Part shown: positions 26,519 to 37,925 of the stretch, in pieces
How the letters are laid out: each line of letters starts with the position of its first letter
Numbering within the stretch: position 1 is the first letter of the stretch
Source: Adineta vaga
Taxonomy: Eukaryota; Animalia; Rotifera
Length of the DNA: 64,000 nucleotides
Direction of reading: 5' to 3'
Assembly (NCBI GenBank): GCA_021613535.1
Contig: CP075494.1
Span: 2,418,001 to 2,482,000 of the forward strand
The notes under the pieces: model-generated
What the model saw: the letters and a program-made list of their open reading frames with translations, nothing else
Told to the model about the DNA's origin: nothing
Database searches by the model: none
Translations under genes and position numbers: made by a program

Positions 26519-29169
26519 TAAAGGCTTAAAAAAAGGACAAATAAATATATGACAGTTAAAATAATTTGATTAAAGAATAAAATTGATGAAGTTTTTGATG
26601 CTGTTCACTCTGTAATATTTTTCATTGAAGTCGATGCAAATGTTGTTGTTGTTGATTTTACGTTCGAAGATGTTAAAATTTCAGTTGATGAAGTTATTAA
26701 TGTTCGATCAGTTGAATAATTTGTTAAATTATAATTTTCAAATATTTTTTATCAATTTAAATCGAGACCACATTATATTAAGAGAGCTTCCACGAGATCA
26801 CCACCCAAAATAGTGATGGGTGGGTGCCGAAAATTTTTGACCAGCGAAATAGACTAGCTAGGGTGAAAGAGCATAAAAAGTTACCCATAAACCCAAATTT
26901 CTATCAACTTTGGACAAAAGCTTCTAGTACTTTGGTTATCCGGAAGTTTTAGTCCTAAATACCAATATGTCAAAAACTATGGTTTTTCGAGTGCTTTGGT
27001 TTATTGACTTTTTTATCATGAAAGTTTGACCAAAAGTAACATCATCTTATACCATTGAATAGAGCGGAAGCTGCTCTACAAAACTACTTCATTTTACATC
27101 TCATTAGTTTTTTCATTCGTGAGAAAAACTCATCACAATACAAAAAATCCGATCATTCTTGGTTCTTTTTTAGGGTGTTTTTTATCATTGTTGTTGTTTT
27201 TGTGACGTCAGCTTTCGAGTGCCTAGGAAAAACTTTACATGACCTTAAAGACCGTGAAACGGCGCATCTTTTGATAAAAAAAAGTTGCTTCTAAAACACT
27301 CGCAAGGTTCCCAAAAACCCATGACAATGTTGCCGAAAATGCATATTTTTTTGCATTTTTACAGAAAAGCATGCATTAATCGTTGATTTTGAGCATGAAA
27401 TTCAAAACTTGAACTGAAATGAATAACATATTCGAAAACAGCGTTAAAAACTGATCTAGAAAGTATATTTTTTGAAAGGTTTCCTTAAGTTTCGTTTTTC
27501 CGAAAAAAACACCGTCCCCGCAGGGTTTTTTGAGGAAATGAGCATTTCAGGAGACGAGAAAAAAATTGGACTCAGGAATTTGGTTATTCCCCTCGATTTC
27601 AGCTAAAAAGTAATGAAGATCTCAATTCAACTTTGAAAACAGCAAGAGTTCATTATGCGATACAAAATAACGAAACAAAGTATGAAAAACATCTCGTCAG
27701 TTTTGATTTTTCTAAAACCCTGCGGGGGGGGGGGACGGTGTTTTTTTCGGAAAAACGAAACTTAAGGAAACCTTTCAAAAAATATACTTTCTAGATCAGT
27801 TTTTAACGCTGTTTTCGAATATGTTATTCATTTCAGTTCAAGTTTTGAATTTCATGCTCAAAATCAACGATTAATGCATGCTTTTCTGTAAAAATGCAAA
27901 AAAATATGCATTTTCGGCAACATTGTCATGGGTTTTTGGGAACCTTGCGAGTGTTTTAGAAGCAACTTTTTTTTATCAAAAGATGCGCCGTTTCACGGTC
28001 TTTAAGGTCATGTAAAGTTTTTCCTAGGCACTCGAAAGCTGACGTCACAAAAACAACAACAATGATAAAAAACACCCTAAAAAAGAACCAAGAATGATCG
28101 GATTTTTTGTATTGTGATGAGTTTTTCTCACGAATGAAAAAACTAATGAGATGTAAAATGAAGTAGTTTTGTAGAGCAGCTTCCGCTCTATTCAATGGTA
28201 TAAGATGATGTTACTTTTGGTCAAACTTTCATGATAAAAAAGTCAATAAACCAAAGCACTCGAAAAACCATAGTTTTTGACATATTGGTATTTAGGACTA
28301 AAACTTCCGGATAACCAAAGTACTAGAAGCTTTTGTCCAAAGTTGATAAAAATTTGGGTTTATGGGTAACTTTTTATGCTCTTTCACCCTAGCTAGTCTA
28401 TTTCGCTGGTCAAAAATTTTCGGCACCCACCCATCACTATTTTGGGTGGTGATTTCATGGAACCTCTCTTAATAACTTCAGGCGTATTTTCGTTACTATT
28501 ACACCTATCTGTCTTGCAGGAATATCGAAGACTATGTGTAATAGAGTTTTGCTCTTCATTCAATTTGATAACTGTGTTTAAATCAGATGTCATAGCCATT
28601 TTATGAAGAATTCATACATTCAGATGAGTAATTTTTTGGGTTTAATCTAGTAAGACATGTTCCTTTGGAACACACATTAAACTGATTATTGTTATTGGGT
28701 TCAAAACAATGAATAGGATTAGATCCAATTGTTTCAGAAAATAACAATTTATGAAGTAATTCTCGTATAGAAGAGTAAGATTTACCTTCGAACAACATCC
28801 ATCGACTAGCAGTTATAACTTGTTCAAGATCACACATATCTGTTAAACACATTCCTTGGACTGAAGTAATGATTAGATTATTTGAATTTATTAGAAAAAA
28901 GTCTTCACCACTCCTTCGTCGACATTTTTTACGGTGGAACGTGTTATAAATTCCAGAGAGCGATTTATATGATTAAAACTCAGCTGAAAGGAACAATTCA
29001 TATTTTCTTGCGTTTTATTCATCAGATATAATCTAATATCGTCCAGTTGTTTATTTGGATCATCTTCATTCCATTCTGTTTTAATACTCTCCATATATGA
29101 GAGACATTTTATTTGATAACTCGTTTTGATTGAAACAAGAAACAAAACCAACAAGACTTGTATGTGCAT
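26515..29169 (-). pseudogene. Secreted, probably GPI-anchored Cys-rich protein (three-finger/Ly6-like CxxDxCN end, Ser/Thr stalk), interrupted by a foldback element
   Basis: ATG 29169 MHIQVLLVLFLVSIKTSYQIKC...; fragments CxLTDMCD and YSCKTDRCNSNENTPEVI; after the insertion it resumes NIMWSRF... then (frameshift) TLITSSTEILTSSNVKSTTTTFAST... and a hydrophobic tail ILTVIYLFVLFLSLY* ending at 26515. Several stops and frameshifts. Confidence 0.6.
26782..28468. mobile_element. Non-autonomous foldback DNA transposon (about 750-bp TIRs, TTAA TSD; Kolobok-like termini)
   Basis: 26782-~27529 is the near-perfect reverse complement of ~27714-28468, with a spacer of about 184 bp; TTAA at 26778-26781 and 28469-28472; termini 5'-GAGAG...CTCTC-3' (RR...YY as in Kolobok, not the CC of piggyBac). 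No transposase. Confidence 0.93.
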
Positions 29170-29715
29170 CGTAAAATAAAATTCTTGAAAATGAATAAAA
29201 ACACTCGATATTCTCAAATGAACATTTATTATCAGGTGAACATACAATGTCATAAATATTAAAAGCATGATTTTATTCTTTATTATTAAATAAATTCCAT
29301 TTAGATATGTCATGCTCATTCATTGTGAAATATGACTTGTTTTTATTTAACATCAAAGACGATTTTATGTAAAGAAAAGGATTTTAGTGTTCATTGAGTT
29401 GAATAATAAAAGAGTATATTATACTTTTATAATCCTTTTAAGTGTTTGGTGTTATGTACTTGTTTTACAGTGGATAACGCTTCATTTCTATGCAGGAAAT
29501 TTTATTCTATTGATTAGATACACAAGTAACGTGACAAACCCTTGGAACTCGCTCGAGTCTATCTTCAAACGGAACAATGATGCATTATACTAAATCTTCG
29601 TATTATCGTATACTCAAGTTCATGAGTGTACTTACCCGCCAAAGCTTTACTATACACACTTTCAAACAGGTCCTTATAAGTAGTCTATCCACACTATAGT
29701 CATACCTTGCGGAAC

Positions 29716-32295
29716 TCATTTATTGCTTGATTTTAAAAACTCGATATTAGTTTGAATATTTTCAATAATTGGATGATTAAAAGGTAATAAAATTTTGAAA
29801 ATATCTAAAGCACGTTGATAAAATAATAATGATATTGTAAAGTTATTCATATTTCTGTAAATCCAAGCAATACTATTATAAGAAGAAGCCAAATCAGGAT
29901 GATTCGATGGCAATGTTTTTTCCAAAATATTTAAAGTTTTTTCATAGAAGAACAGTGATTTGGAATAGTCAGTCATATTGAAATACACTTTACTCATATT
30001 ATTGTAAATTGTAATTAAAAACGGATGATTTTCCGGAAGTATATTCTCGAAAATATCACACGTTTTATGATAAAATGATAATGCTTTTGTATATTCGCCC
30101 ATATCATCATAGACCGAACCAATATTATTATAAGAAGATGCTGAATGAGGATGATTTTCAGGTAGAGTTTCTCGACAGATAACAAGTGCTTTTTCGTAGA
30201 ATAAAATCGCATTTGTATAATCTTTCATCTTATAATATGTTAAACCAATATTATTATAAGATTGAGCAAAATCCGAATGATTTAAAGGTAAAACTTTTTG
30301 TCTGATTTCCAAAGCTTTTTCATGATATGAAAGTGCATCGGAATACTTTTCCATTTTATGATAAATCATTCCAATGTTATTTAATGACGTTGCTAACAAT
30401 GGATGATTTGCAGGTAAACTTTTTTCATAAATTTTTAATGTTTTTTCATAAAATAAAAGTGCTTTGGAATATTCACCGATATTACTATATACTCCACCGA
30501 TATTATTATAAGATGATGCGAGATCAGGATGATTTTGTGGAAGTGTTTTTTCAAAGATTTCAATTACTTTTTCATAAAATAAATGTGCTTTGGAATAATC
30601 TCCTATATTTTGATAAACCAAACCGATATTATTGTAAGATTGAACAAGATCTGGAGAAAATATTTTCTCTCGAATTTCTAAAGCTTTTTCATAAAATGAA
30701 ATAGCTTTGAAATATTCTCCCATTTTATCATAGACAGAACCAATATTATTGTAAGATGTAGCAAGATCAGGATGATTAGATGAAAGAGTTCTTTCGATGA
30801 TTCCATTTGCCTTTTCATAATACCAAATAGCTTTTTTCCAATCACTTTCATGTTGTTTAATATAACCAAGTTCATTGAAATAAAGAGCTTTATCATTTTC
30901 ATCCGATGTTTTTTGTTCAAGTAAAACATTATAAAGTTCTTCAGCTTTATTATATTGACCAATTTTAAGTAATAAACAACTTAATCTTCTCCAATTTGTT
31001 GTACCAATAATTTCTTCTCTTATACGTTTAGTAAGTAAACGAAGTTGTTCATCATTATCATTAGTTAATTGTAAATTAACTTGATAAAGTCGTTTTGTTT
31101 TATCGAGTTGTTCAATTTGACCAATACGAAAAATTGTATGCATTGAAAAAAGAATTTCTTCTTCTGTTTCAAAATAACTATTTTCTCGAATCGAAGCAAA
31201 TGGTGAAGAAATAATCGATGGATCAATTGTCATAACAAAGAGTATACCAGTCGTATTTGTTTTACTTGAAGCATTTTGTGCAAAACTAAGAGAAATCTCT
31301 CGATCATTACTCGTTGATAAGAAATTATTGAAAGATAATAATCCACCTTTTGTTTTAAAAAGTTTATCAAAATCATTATTTAATAAACCTTGTCCACGAT
31401 AAACTAAAAATGTTTTATTATTATAAGTATTTAATTGTTTTTTATGTAATTGTTCAATTTGTAAATGTAAATCATGAATAAAAAATCCCATATTAATTAT
31501 TTTATCAGCTTCTAATAGTCGAAGTGCTCGATTGAGCATTTGATAAGTAAAACATTCTCGTGTATACCACCAAATAGCTTGTTCAGGACAATAATTACGT
31601 TCAAATTCATTGATTATTTTCAATTCTTCTTTATTATCAGAATATAATTTTCGACAATAATTTGCTAAATCTTTGATTTCTTGTTTCTTATGTTTCATTT
31701 CCAAAAGAATTTCTTTAAAAATTTGTGTATACATAAAACTTGCTTCTAATTCATTTGATTTCTCATCATTTGTTATGACAAAACTCATTGGAATAGAATT
31801 TTGATTAGTTTCTTTCATAACTAATTTTAATCTTTCACAAAGAGATTTTATTTCTGTAAAAACACCTTGAATTTTGTTCCATTGTTTTGTCCATTGTTCA
31901 TGTCGAGATTTATTTCTACAAAGAATATAAATCGAATCTAATTGTATTAATGAATGAATATCTGATATGAGATATTGTCCTAGATAACCTGTAGTAATAA
32001 CAAAAGTTTTTTCGTCTCTAATTTCATTGAGAAATTGAACACATTGTGTTGGTTCTGTAAAAATTTCGATATTGTTAATTACACTTTTCAATTGTTCGAA
32101 TATATTTTGATAATCTTTGTCTGTTTTATCAAAACATGAATCGAGCCAAATTAATAAACAATTTTGAGTAAGACGTCGATTTAAATAAATAACATCAGAT
32201 GAGACGATTAATGAACTGTAAATTGTATCAGAACTATAAATGATGATGATTTTGATTGAATAATAGAACAAAACATACGTTTACTTTGAATTCAT
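29716..32295 (-). CDS. ADP-ribosyltransferase (R-S-E class) - TPR repeat protein with an N-terminal receiver-like domain
   Basis: VYRGQG...SFNNFLSTS...ETEEEILF catalytic motifs; roughly nine 42-aa TPRs (HPDLAxSYNNIG). Probable start ATG 32295 (MNSN) spliced through a ~50-nt GT-AG intron into the 851-aa track ORF. Confidence 0.9.
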
Positions 32296-32600
32296 ACTAA
32301 CTTGTTTGTTTTCTTGATAATGTCAAATATTTCTTATGAATAGAAAAATAAATATGTTGCTTTGGTAACTTGAAAAGAAATGGAGAAAGAAAAATGACAT
32401 ACTACTATGTCTTTTTTTTTCTTTTCTTCGTTATATTTATACAATAGATGCCATGTGATGTAGAACAATTTTAGCAAGTTAAACAAATAATATATTTAAA
32501 TTCTCAAGAACTGATAGATCTGAATTTTGAGAGTGAATAGATGAGTAACGCTTCTTCCTATTATTCATTTTATTCCTAATGAATAAATATATTCCGTCGA

Positions 32601-33053
32601 ATGAAAAAAAAATAGTTTGTATGTATGTGTATATGTTTGTGGCATAGTCAAAGGTCAAGAAAATATTTTATATAAAACGATCATAAACAACAGAAACCAA
32701 GATTGGGGCGAGAAAATATTATGCTTTGTCCTTCAGTACAAGCTAGTTACGTGCTTTCGTCTTCGATCTTTCTATTCGTCATGTTTACCGTCTACAAGTA
32801 GAAATGTTTGAATGTGATTGAATGGTGTTGTAAACTGATGCGTACTAATTACCCTTTCTCAAAGCGGATTATTGTAATACGATAAGCTGTTACTTACATG
32901 TTGCCTGTCTTAAAAGAACTGACGCGTAGTTAAAGAGAAGGGTGTGCACAATTGTATGCGGTCATACATGTTATTCACTCACTTGAGCAGCCGGAAGTGA
33001 CGGACCGTAGGGACACCGCCGACCAGCTACAAAGCGAACAACATTATAATAGA
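32601..33053. repeat. Dispersed repeat, copy 1 (homologous to 55308..55670); possibly a non-autonomous Helitron-like relic
   Basis: Colinear shared blocks such as GAGAAAATATTA, CCTTCAGTAC.AGCTAGTTAC, TTCGTCTTCGATCTTTCT, TTACCCTTTCTCAA, GTAGTTAAAGAGAAGGGT; about 75% identity by eye. The minus strand starts A/TCTATTATAATG at 33053, resembling a Helitron 5' end (weak). Confidence 0.75.
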
Positions 33054-33149
33054 TTTCGATAGATCTTGAGGATGTGTGTGTGAATACAAGATACCTACAC
33101 CCTCGAATTAACATTATTAGTTCATATGTTATTAACAATTGGATTTTTT

Positions 33150-35310
33150 GTACACGTGCTGATACTAGATATTATACGAACAATGCATCTTTTCAGTGTT
33201 TTTTTCGGATGGCTTCCTAATTTTCAAGTTCATTAGCATCCACAACCTTTTCAAATAAAAATAGCATCGCCTTGGCCCTGGTTCTATCTACGTCATCAAC
33301 AACTATGACTATTTTTTCAAGATGCCACACATCTAGTTACTAAATGGCGCAATCATTTGTATAATATTATAAATAATGATAATTCCTCTAATCTGGATCA
33401 TGGCTTAACAAAATCTTATATTACTCCAAAAGATAGATTTGATGCGTTTTAGCGATTTCCGGGAGATCCATTTTTGCTACATTGGTAGAGGAGAATCTTA
33501 AAGCGGGCATATAAGGCATATAGGGCGTATTATATATAGGCAAATAAGGCATAAAAGATTAACACTATGGTTGTTTCTAACAGGCTTTATACACCCTATA
33601 TGCCTGATATGCCCTGTACAGTCACCAAAAAGAAAGTCATGAAAGTTGTTACAGGTCTTTTGAGAAATAAATGTGAGTCGGGTACCAGACATAATCCCAA
33701 ATCACGTATCGAAGCAACCTCAGTCTAGTAGATGATCATGCATGATAAAAACTGATACGGGTTAGCAGATTTCCTCTGAAAAAATGATTGTGCTTTTCTG
33801 GAAATTCAGGATATACGTAACAGATTAATTATGGCATGTCTATAAGGGAGAACAAATCTAATTTCCTGAAATTAGTCGGTTATAGAAAACACATACAATT
33901 TCCTGGAAATCGCTATAACGCGTCATATGATTTTTGCGGATGGCTCTTTCGACCATTACGACATGACTCTGTTACAAAGTCATGTATGTTCTCTCGCTTC
34001 GTTAAAGATGGCTGCATAAATTTATATCTTGGACAAAAGTAACTGCGAGATGTAGAATATTCTAAGAAAATATTTTCATACGCATATTCTGATGCCCTAT
34101 ATGCCCTATATGCCTTATATGACAACCATAGTCGCTTGAACTGTTTTGTTTGTTATATGAGCAGATTCAATCTCCGGAAATTCATTTGGTATTCAAAATG
34201 CATACAATTTCCTGGTAATTCCTATAACGCATCATATGAAAAGATCGTCAAAACTTTAGTTCTTGTTTAAAGTCAACTTCTAACGTTCTATTTAAAATTT
34301 TATTTAAGAATAACAGTACTCGTGGAATCTTGATTTATCTTCAAATGTTAAAAATGATCACTGTGGCTTATGTTGAGAAGCGAACAGTTATTGCTGAACG
34401 TGAGTATGAGTATTTGCTATATAAACTGAATAACAATGGAAAACTCTTCAATGAATACATTTCATATAAAAAAATATTTTATTCGAGGACTTCGATCTGT
34501 TTGGAATGTCGAGTTCCTTTGTAGAATATGGTTAGCATGGATTAAATGTAAAATATTCAATTCATCACACACCACAACAAACAGCAAAAGCAGATATTTT
34601 ATCACTCGACCAGCATATTTATCGGTGGAAATCAATGGACATAACTTATTATATTTGATTTTACTTATTGAAGAAAAAAAGTTACCATCATCTGTGATTC
34701 ATATTGATACTTTTAGTTCGCAATCTTGTGAATCACTTTTCAGATGCAACCGGGCATTAAAGTGGAATATGCACGACTATGGTCAACTTCGCAGTACGGA
34801 ATTTCTTACGACGTGCTCAAAGACTATCAATGCTGAATGATATTAAATATGAACAGTTAGATCACGATTTGGTTAACAATTTTGTCTTTCCAAGGCACCA
34901 TAAACATCGAAACGCTCGACATGCACCTTTTACAATAAAATTTAGAAATAGTCAACGTTTTGAAGAACAAAGGTATTCTTAATTTAAATTTATTAAGTGA
35001 ATACGTGCTCAAGCAATTAAATTCAAGCTTGAAGATGCATGATTATTTATCTCAATTAAATAATACGAACTTTGATGAGTTCGAATTGGCTGACGATGAT
35101 GAAGATAATGATGGTGATTCATCTTCAAATGATGATATTACTGATGAGATGAAGAAAATGATAAAAAAGATTCAATAAAAACGACAGAACAGACTTTACT
35201 GGCATAAGAGTTGCATATAGAGTCGAAACGCACATCGAACGTACTTATTTTAGTGTCACAATCAACGATAAAAGTAAACTTTCACGCGATCGATTACTTC
35301 GGGTACAGCT
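33150..35310 (+). pseudogene. Degenerate P-element/THAP9-superfamily transposase
   Basis: Fragments FFQDATHLVTKWRN (D..H motif), DHGLTKSYITPKD/RQNFSSCLK (split by a MITE), YLSVEINGHNLLYLI, TFSSQSCESLFR, FVFPRHHKH, acidic tract, KLSRDRLLRVQ; many stops and frameshifts. Confidence 0.7.
33436..34238. mobile_element. MITE-like insertion (803 bp) with 8-bp TSD inside the transposase relic
   Basis: Flanks AAAAGATA (33428-33435) / AAAAGATC (34239-34246); imperfect ~30-bp TIRs (GATTTGATGCGTTTTAGCGATTTCC vs CATATGATGCGTTATAGGAATTACC); internal third TIR copy at about 33890-33929; ATAT(A)GGGC-type short repeats at about 33505-33615 and 34092-34120. Confidence 0.7.
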
Positions 35311-35344
35311 TATAATAATAATAATAATAATAATAATAAAATAA
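35311..35344 (+). repeat. (TAA)n microsatellite
   Basis: tataataataataataataataataataaaataa. Confidence 0.9.
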
Positions 35345-35951
35345 CTATGTTTTTTTCATTCACATTTTTGTTTGACTTTATTACCAAATACAGGATATTT
35401 TGTTCAATGTAAATTTTTGGAGTAGAATATTAAAATCATCAGAAAGATCCAACATACAATGGTATCTAAATTCATGGGACTCCCATCTGCTGTCTCACCC
35501 TCGGTTTGGATGCATTAGATGTTTCATTTTACGAGCATCCGAACGCGTTTAAACGCACAAAGTTTTCGAGACCATAAAATATTTAGCATAATAAAGAGTT
35601 CGTTCTTTTCAGGTAAAGTCTTTCTTTATGCCTATTCATTTTTCGATTTTAATATAATTCATTTCATTCATTGGAATAACGTCGGAAATAGGTTTACATA
35701 AGAACTGTTGTAAAACTTCTTTCCATCGATTCATTCGAGAAAAAAAGTACTTCAAGTTGCTAATTGCACGGTTTTTATGAGAAGTTTTTAATTATATTCA
35801 TGATATTTGCTTTTTTTTAGATAAACCGACAGAAAGAAACATTTTAATTTGAAAAACATTCCTGTGATCTCAAATGAGAGAAAAAAGAATAGAAAATTCT
35901 ACACGCACATACGTCAAACTTTATGACAGATAAAGTTCACATTTGAAAAAA

Positions 35952-36950
35952 ATGTCATCTTTGGGAATAACAATCAATTCCCTAAATACAATAGGAACAA
36001 TAATTAATGTAACGGTTTCAAGTATTAATATTATCATCGGTTTAATTGGTCTTTTATTGAATATGATTATTTTTATTCAACCATCATTACGTAATGAACC
36101 ATGTTCAATGTATTTCTTATCATCAACATGTTTTAATTTATTTGTTATCATTGTTGTGATACCTGTTCGTATTTTGTCAAGTGCTTTTAATATCGATTTG
36201 GCTAATTATAATCTTGGAATTTGTAAAATAGAATTTTTCTCATTTTATTGCATACGAACAATTTCATGTTGGTTAATTATCTTAGCATGTATGGATCGTT
36301 ATTTACATAGTTCAAGAGAAACATCTATTCGTCGATTAAGTTCATTGAAAACAGCTAAATGGTCAATTGGAATAATCATTGTTGGAATAACTCTCTTATA
36401 CAGTCATATGATCATTTATTATGAAATAACAAATGTATCTAATCAATTTGGTAATATAGAACCAGTTTGTAATTCTCAAAAGGGTTTGTATCGTACATTG
36501 ATTTCGTTTTGGTACATGATTTTATATTCATTATGTCCATCTTTATTAATGTTTATCTTTGGATGTTTAACATTAAATAATATTCGTGATCGTCGTCAAG
36601 TACTTCCGATAACTTCAACATTGAACCAAATCGTTCGACGCAAAGAAGCTCAATTATTACGTATGTTGATTGGTCAAGTGTTTGTCGTTGTTATTTCTAC
36701 ATTTCCATTCTTTATCTATCGATTGTATGCAGCGTTAACAGCTAATTTAGTTAAGGATACACTTCGAATTGCTCAAGAAAATTTCGCTTTTCAATGCGTA
36801 GGTATTTTGACTTATTTTGCTCATTCAAGTAGTTTTTATATGTTTACATTAACGGGATCAATTTTTCGAAAAGAACTGAACAAGATCATTCGACATTATT
36901 TTCCTAAGAATACAAAAGCATTAGAAACAAATCAGCAAAATCTACAATAG
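35952..36950 (+). CDS. Orphan class A GPCR, single exon
   Basis: 7 hydrophobic segments, LACMDRY motif, SSFYMF in TM7; first ATG at 35952. Confidence 0.92.
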   Translation: MSSLGITINSLNTIGTIINVTVSSINIIIGLIGLLLNMIIFIQPSLRNEPCSMYFLSSTCFNLFVIIVVIPVRILSSAFNIDLANYNLGICKIEFFSFYCIRTISCWLIILACMDRYLHSSRETSIRRLSSLKTAKWSIGIIIVGITLLYSHMIIYYEITNVSNQFGNIEPVCNSQKGLYRTLISFWYMILYSLCPSLLMFIFGCLTLNNIRDRRQVLPITSTLNQIVRRKEAQLLRMLIGQVFVVVISTFPFFIYRLYAALTANLVKDTLRIAQENFAFQCVGILTYFAHSSSFYMFTLTGSIFRKELNKIIRHYFPKNTKALETNQQNLQ

Positions 36951-37925
36951 AATTTATTTGTAAAACTAAAGTCGATCTTTTTGAAATTCTTCGTTTTGAA
37001 AATATTATTCGTCATTAATGTAAAGAATAATTATAGCATAAATAAAATGTATTTAAAAAGACAAGTGACAGAGCTATTCTTTTATCCATAACAAATATGA
37101 TGATATCTTCAATAAAAGCTGAAGTAATATAATATCTAGGTTCTTTTCAAGAGATTTGTTGTAAATCATCTTTTTTATTTCACTTTCGTATTCTCCAAAC
37201 TTTTAATCGTCAAGCTTTTCTTATTGTAAAGGATGGTGAATTTTTGGTTTGAATAAAAACAGTTTTAATTTATTTTACTTTTCATAATGAATACAACGTT
37301 TTTGGATGCAAAACCAAAGTACGAAATTCTTTTTTATCATTAGTATATGGTCATTGTGACATAATATGTTGACTCAATTATAATGCACTTATTGTATTCG
37401 CCTTTATATGCTTGCATCTTGATCACGTGTTGAAGCGTAAATAAGGTCAAATAAAAACATTTTCCCTTTTCACATGCGTTGATGAAAGAGATTAAAATAT
37501 CATACTTTCTCTCACTTCTCTAATGAATTTTAGCAATTAAAAATTTGAACAAATATAGTACATGACAATGTTCTTATATTTGTTCTCATTCATAATAAAA
37601 GATATAGAACTCAACTTTTGTAGTAGTTTAGTACTCAGTATTGATTTTTAAAGAGTTTGCTTCTGTTAAATGCGAGAATAAAACATTTTAAATGTGCTTC
37701 AGAACTGCTGAAATAATCCTTGTATAGAGGGTGTGGGTAGGTGTAGTTGATGGTGTTATCATTTTCTGTCTGAGACCACACTCACACCCACACCCACACC
37801 CTATGACCATGAGAATAAATGTGTGTCTTTTTGTGTAACATCCTCCGCAGAATATGTGACATCAAATATTGATTATTTCTTTATTTTGACAGTTAGCAGA
37901 ATGACAATGAAGCTGAAAAAAGCAT

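Noticed and set aside
27055-28195. Two identical 79-aa ORFs on opposite strands
   Set aside because: They are mirror images within the TIRs of the foldback element, start at TTG and show no protein features.
32700-32860. Possible hammerhead ribozyme (GAAA...CTGAAGG on the minus strand; CTGATGAG at about 55530 in the second copy)
   Set aside because: CUGANGA and GAAA cores are not both present with supporting stems and are not conserved between the two repeat copies.
33500-34120. Short spaced repeats superficially like a CRISPR array
   Set aside because: 9-10 bp repeats with irregular spacing inside a MITE; eukaryotic context and no cas genes.
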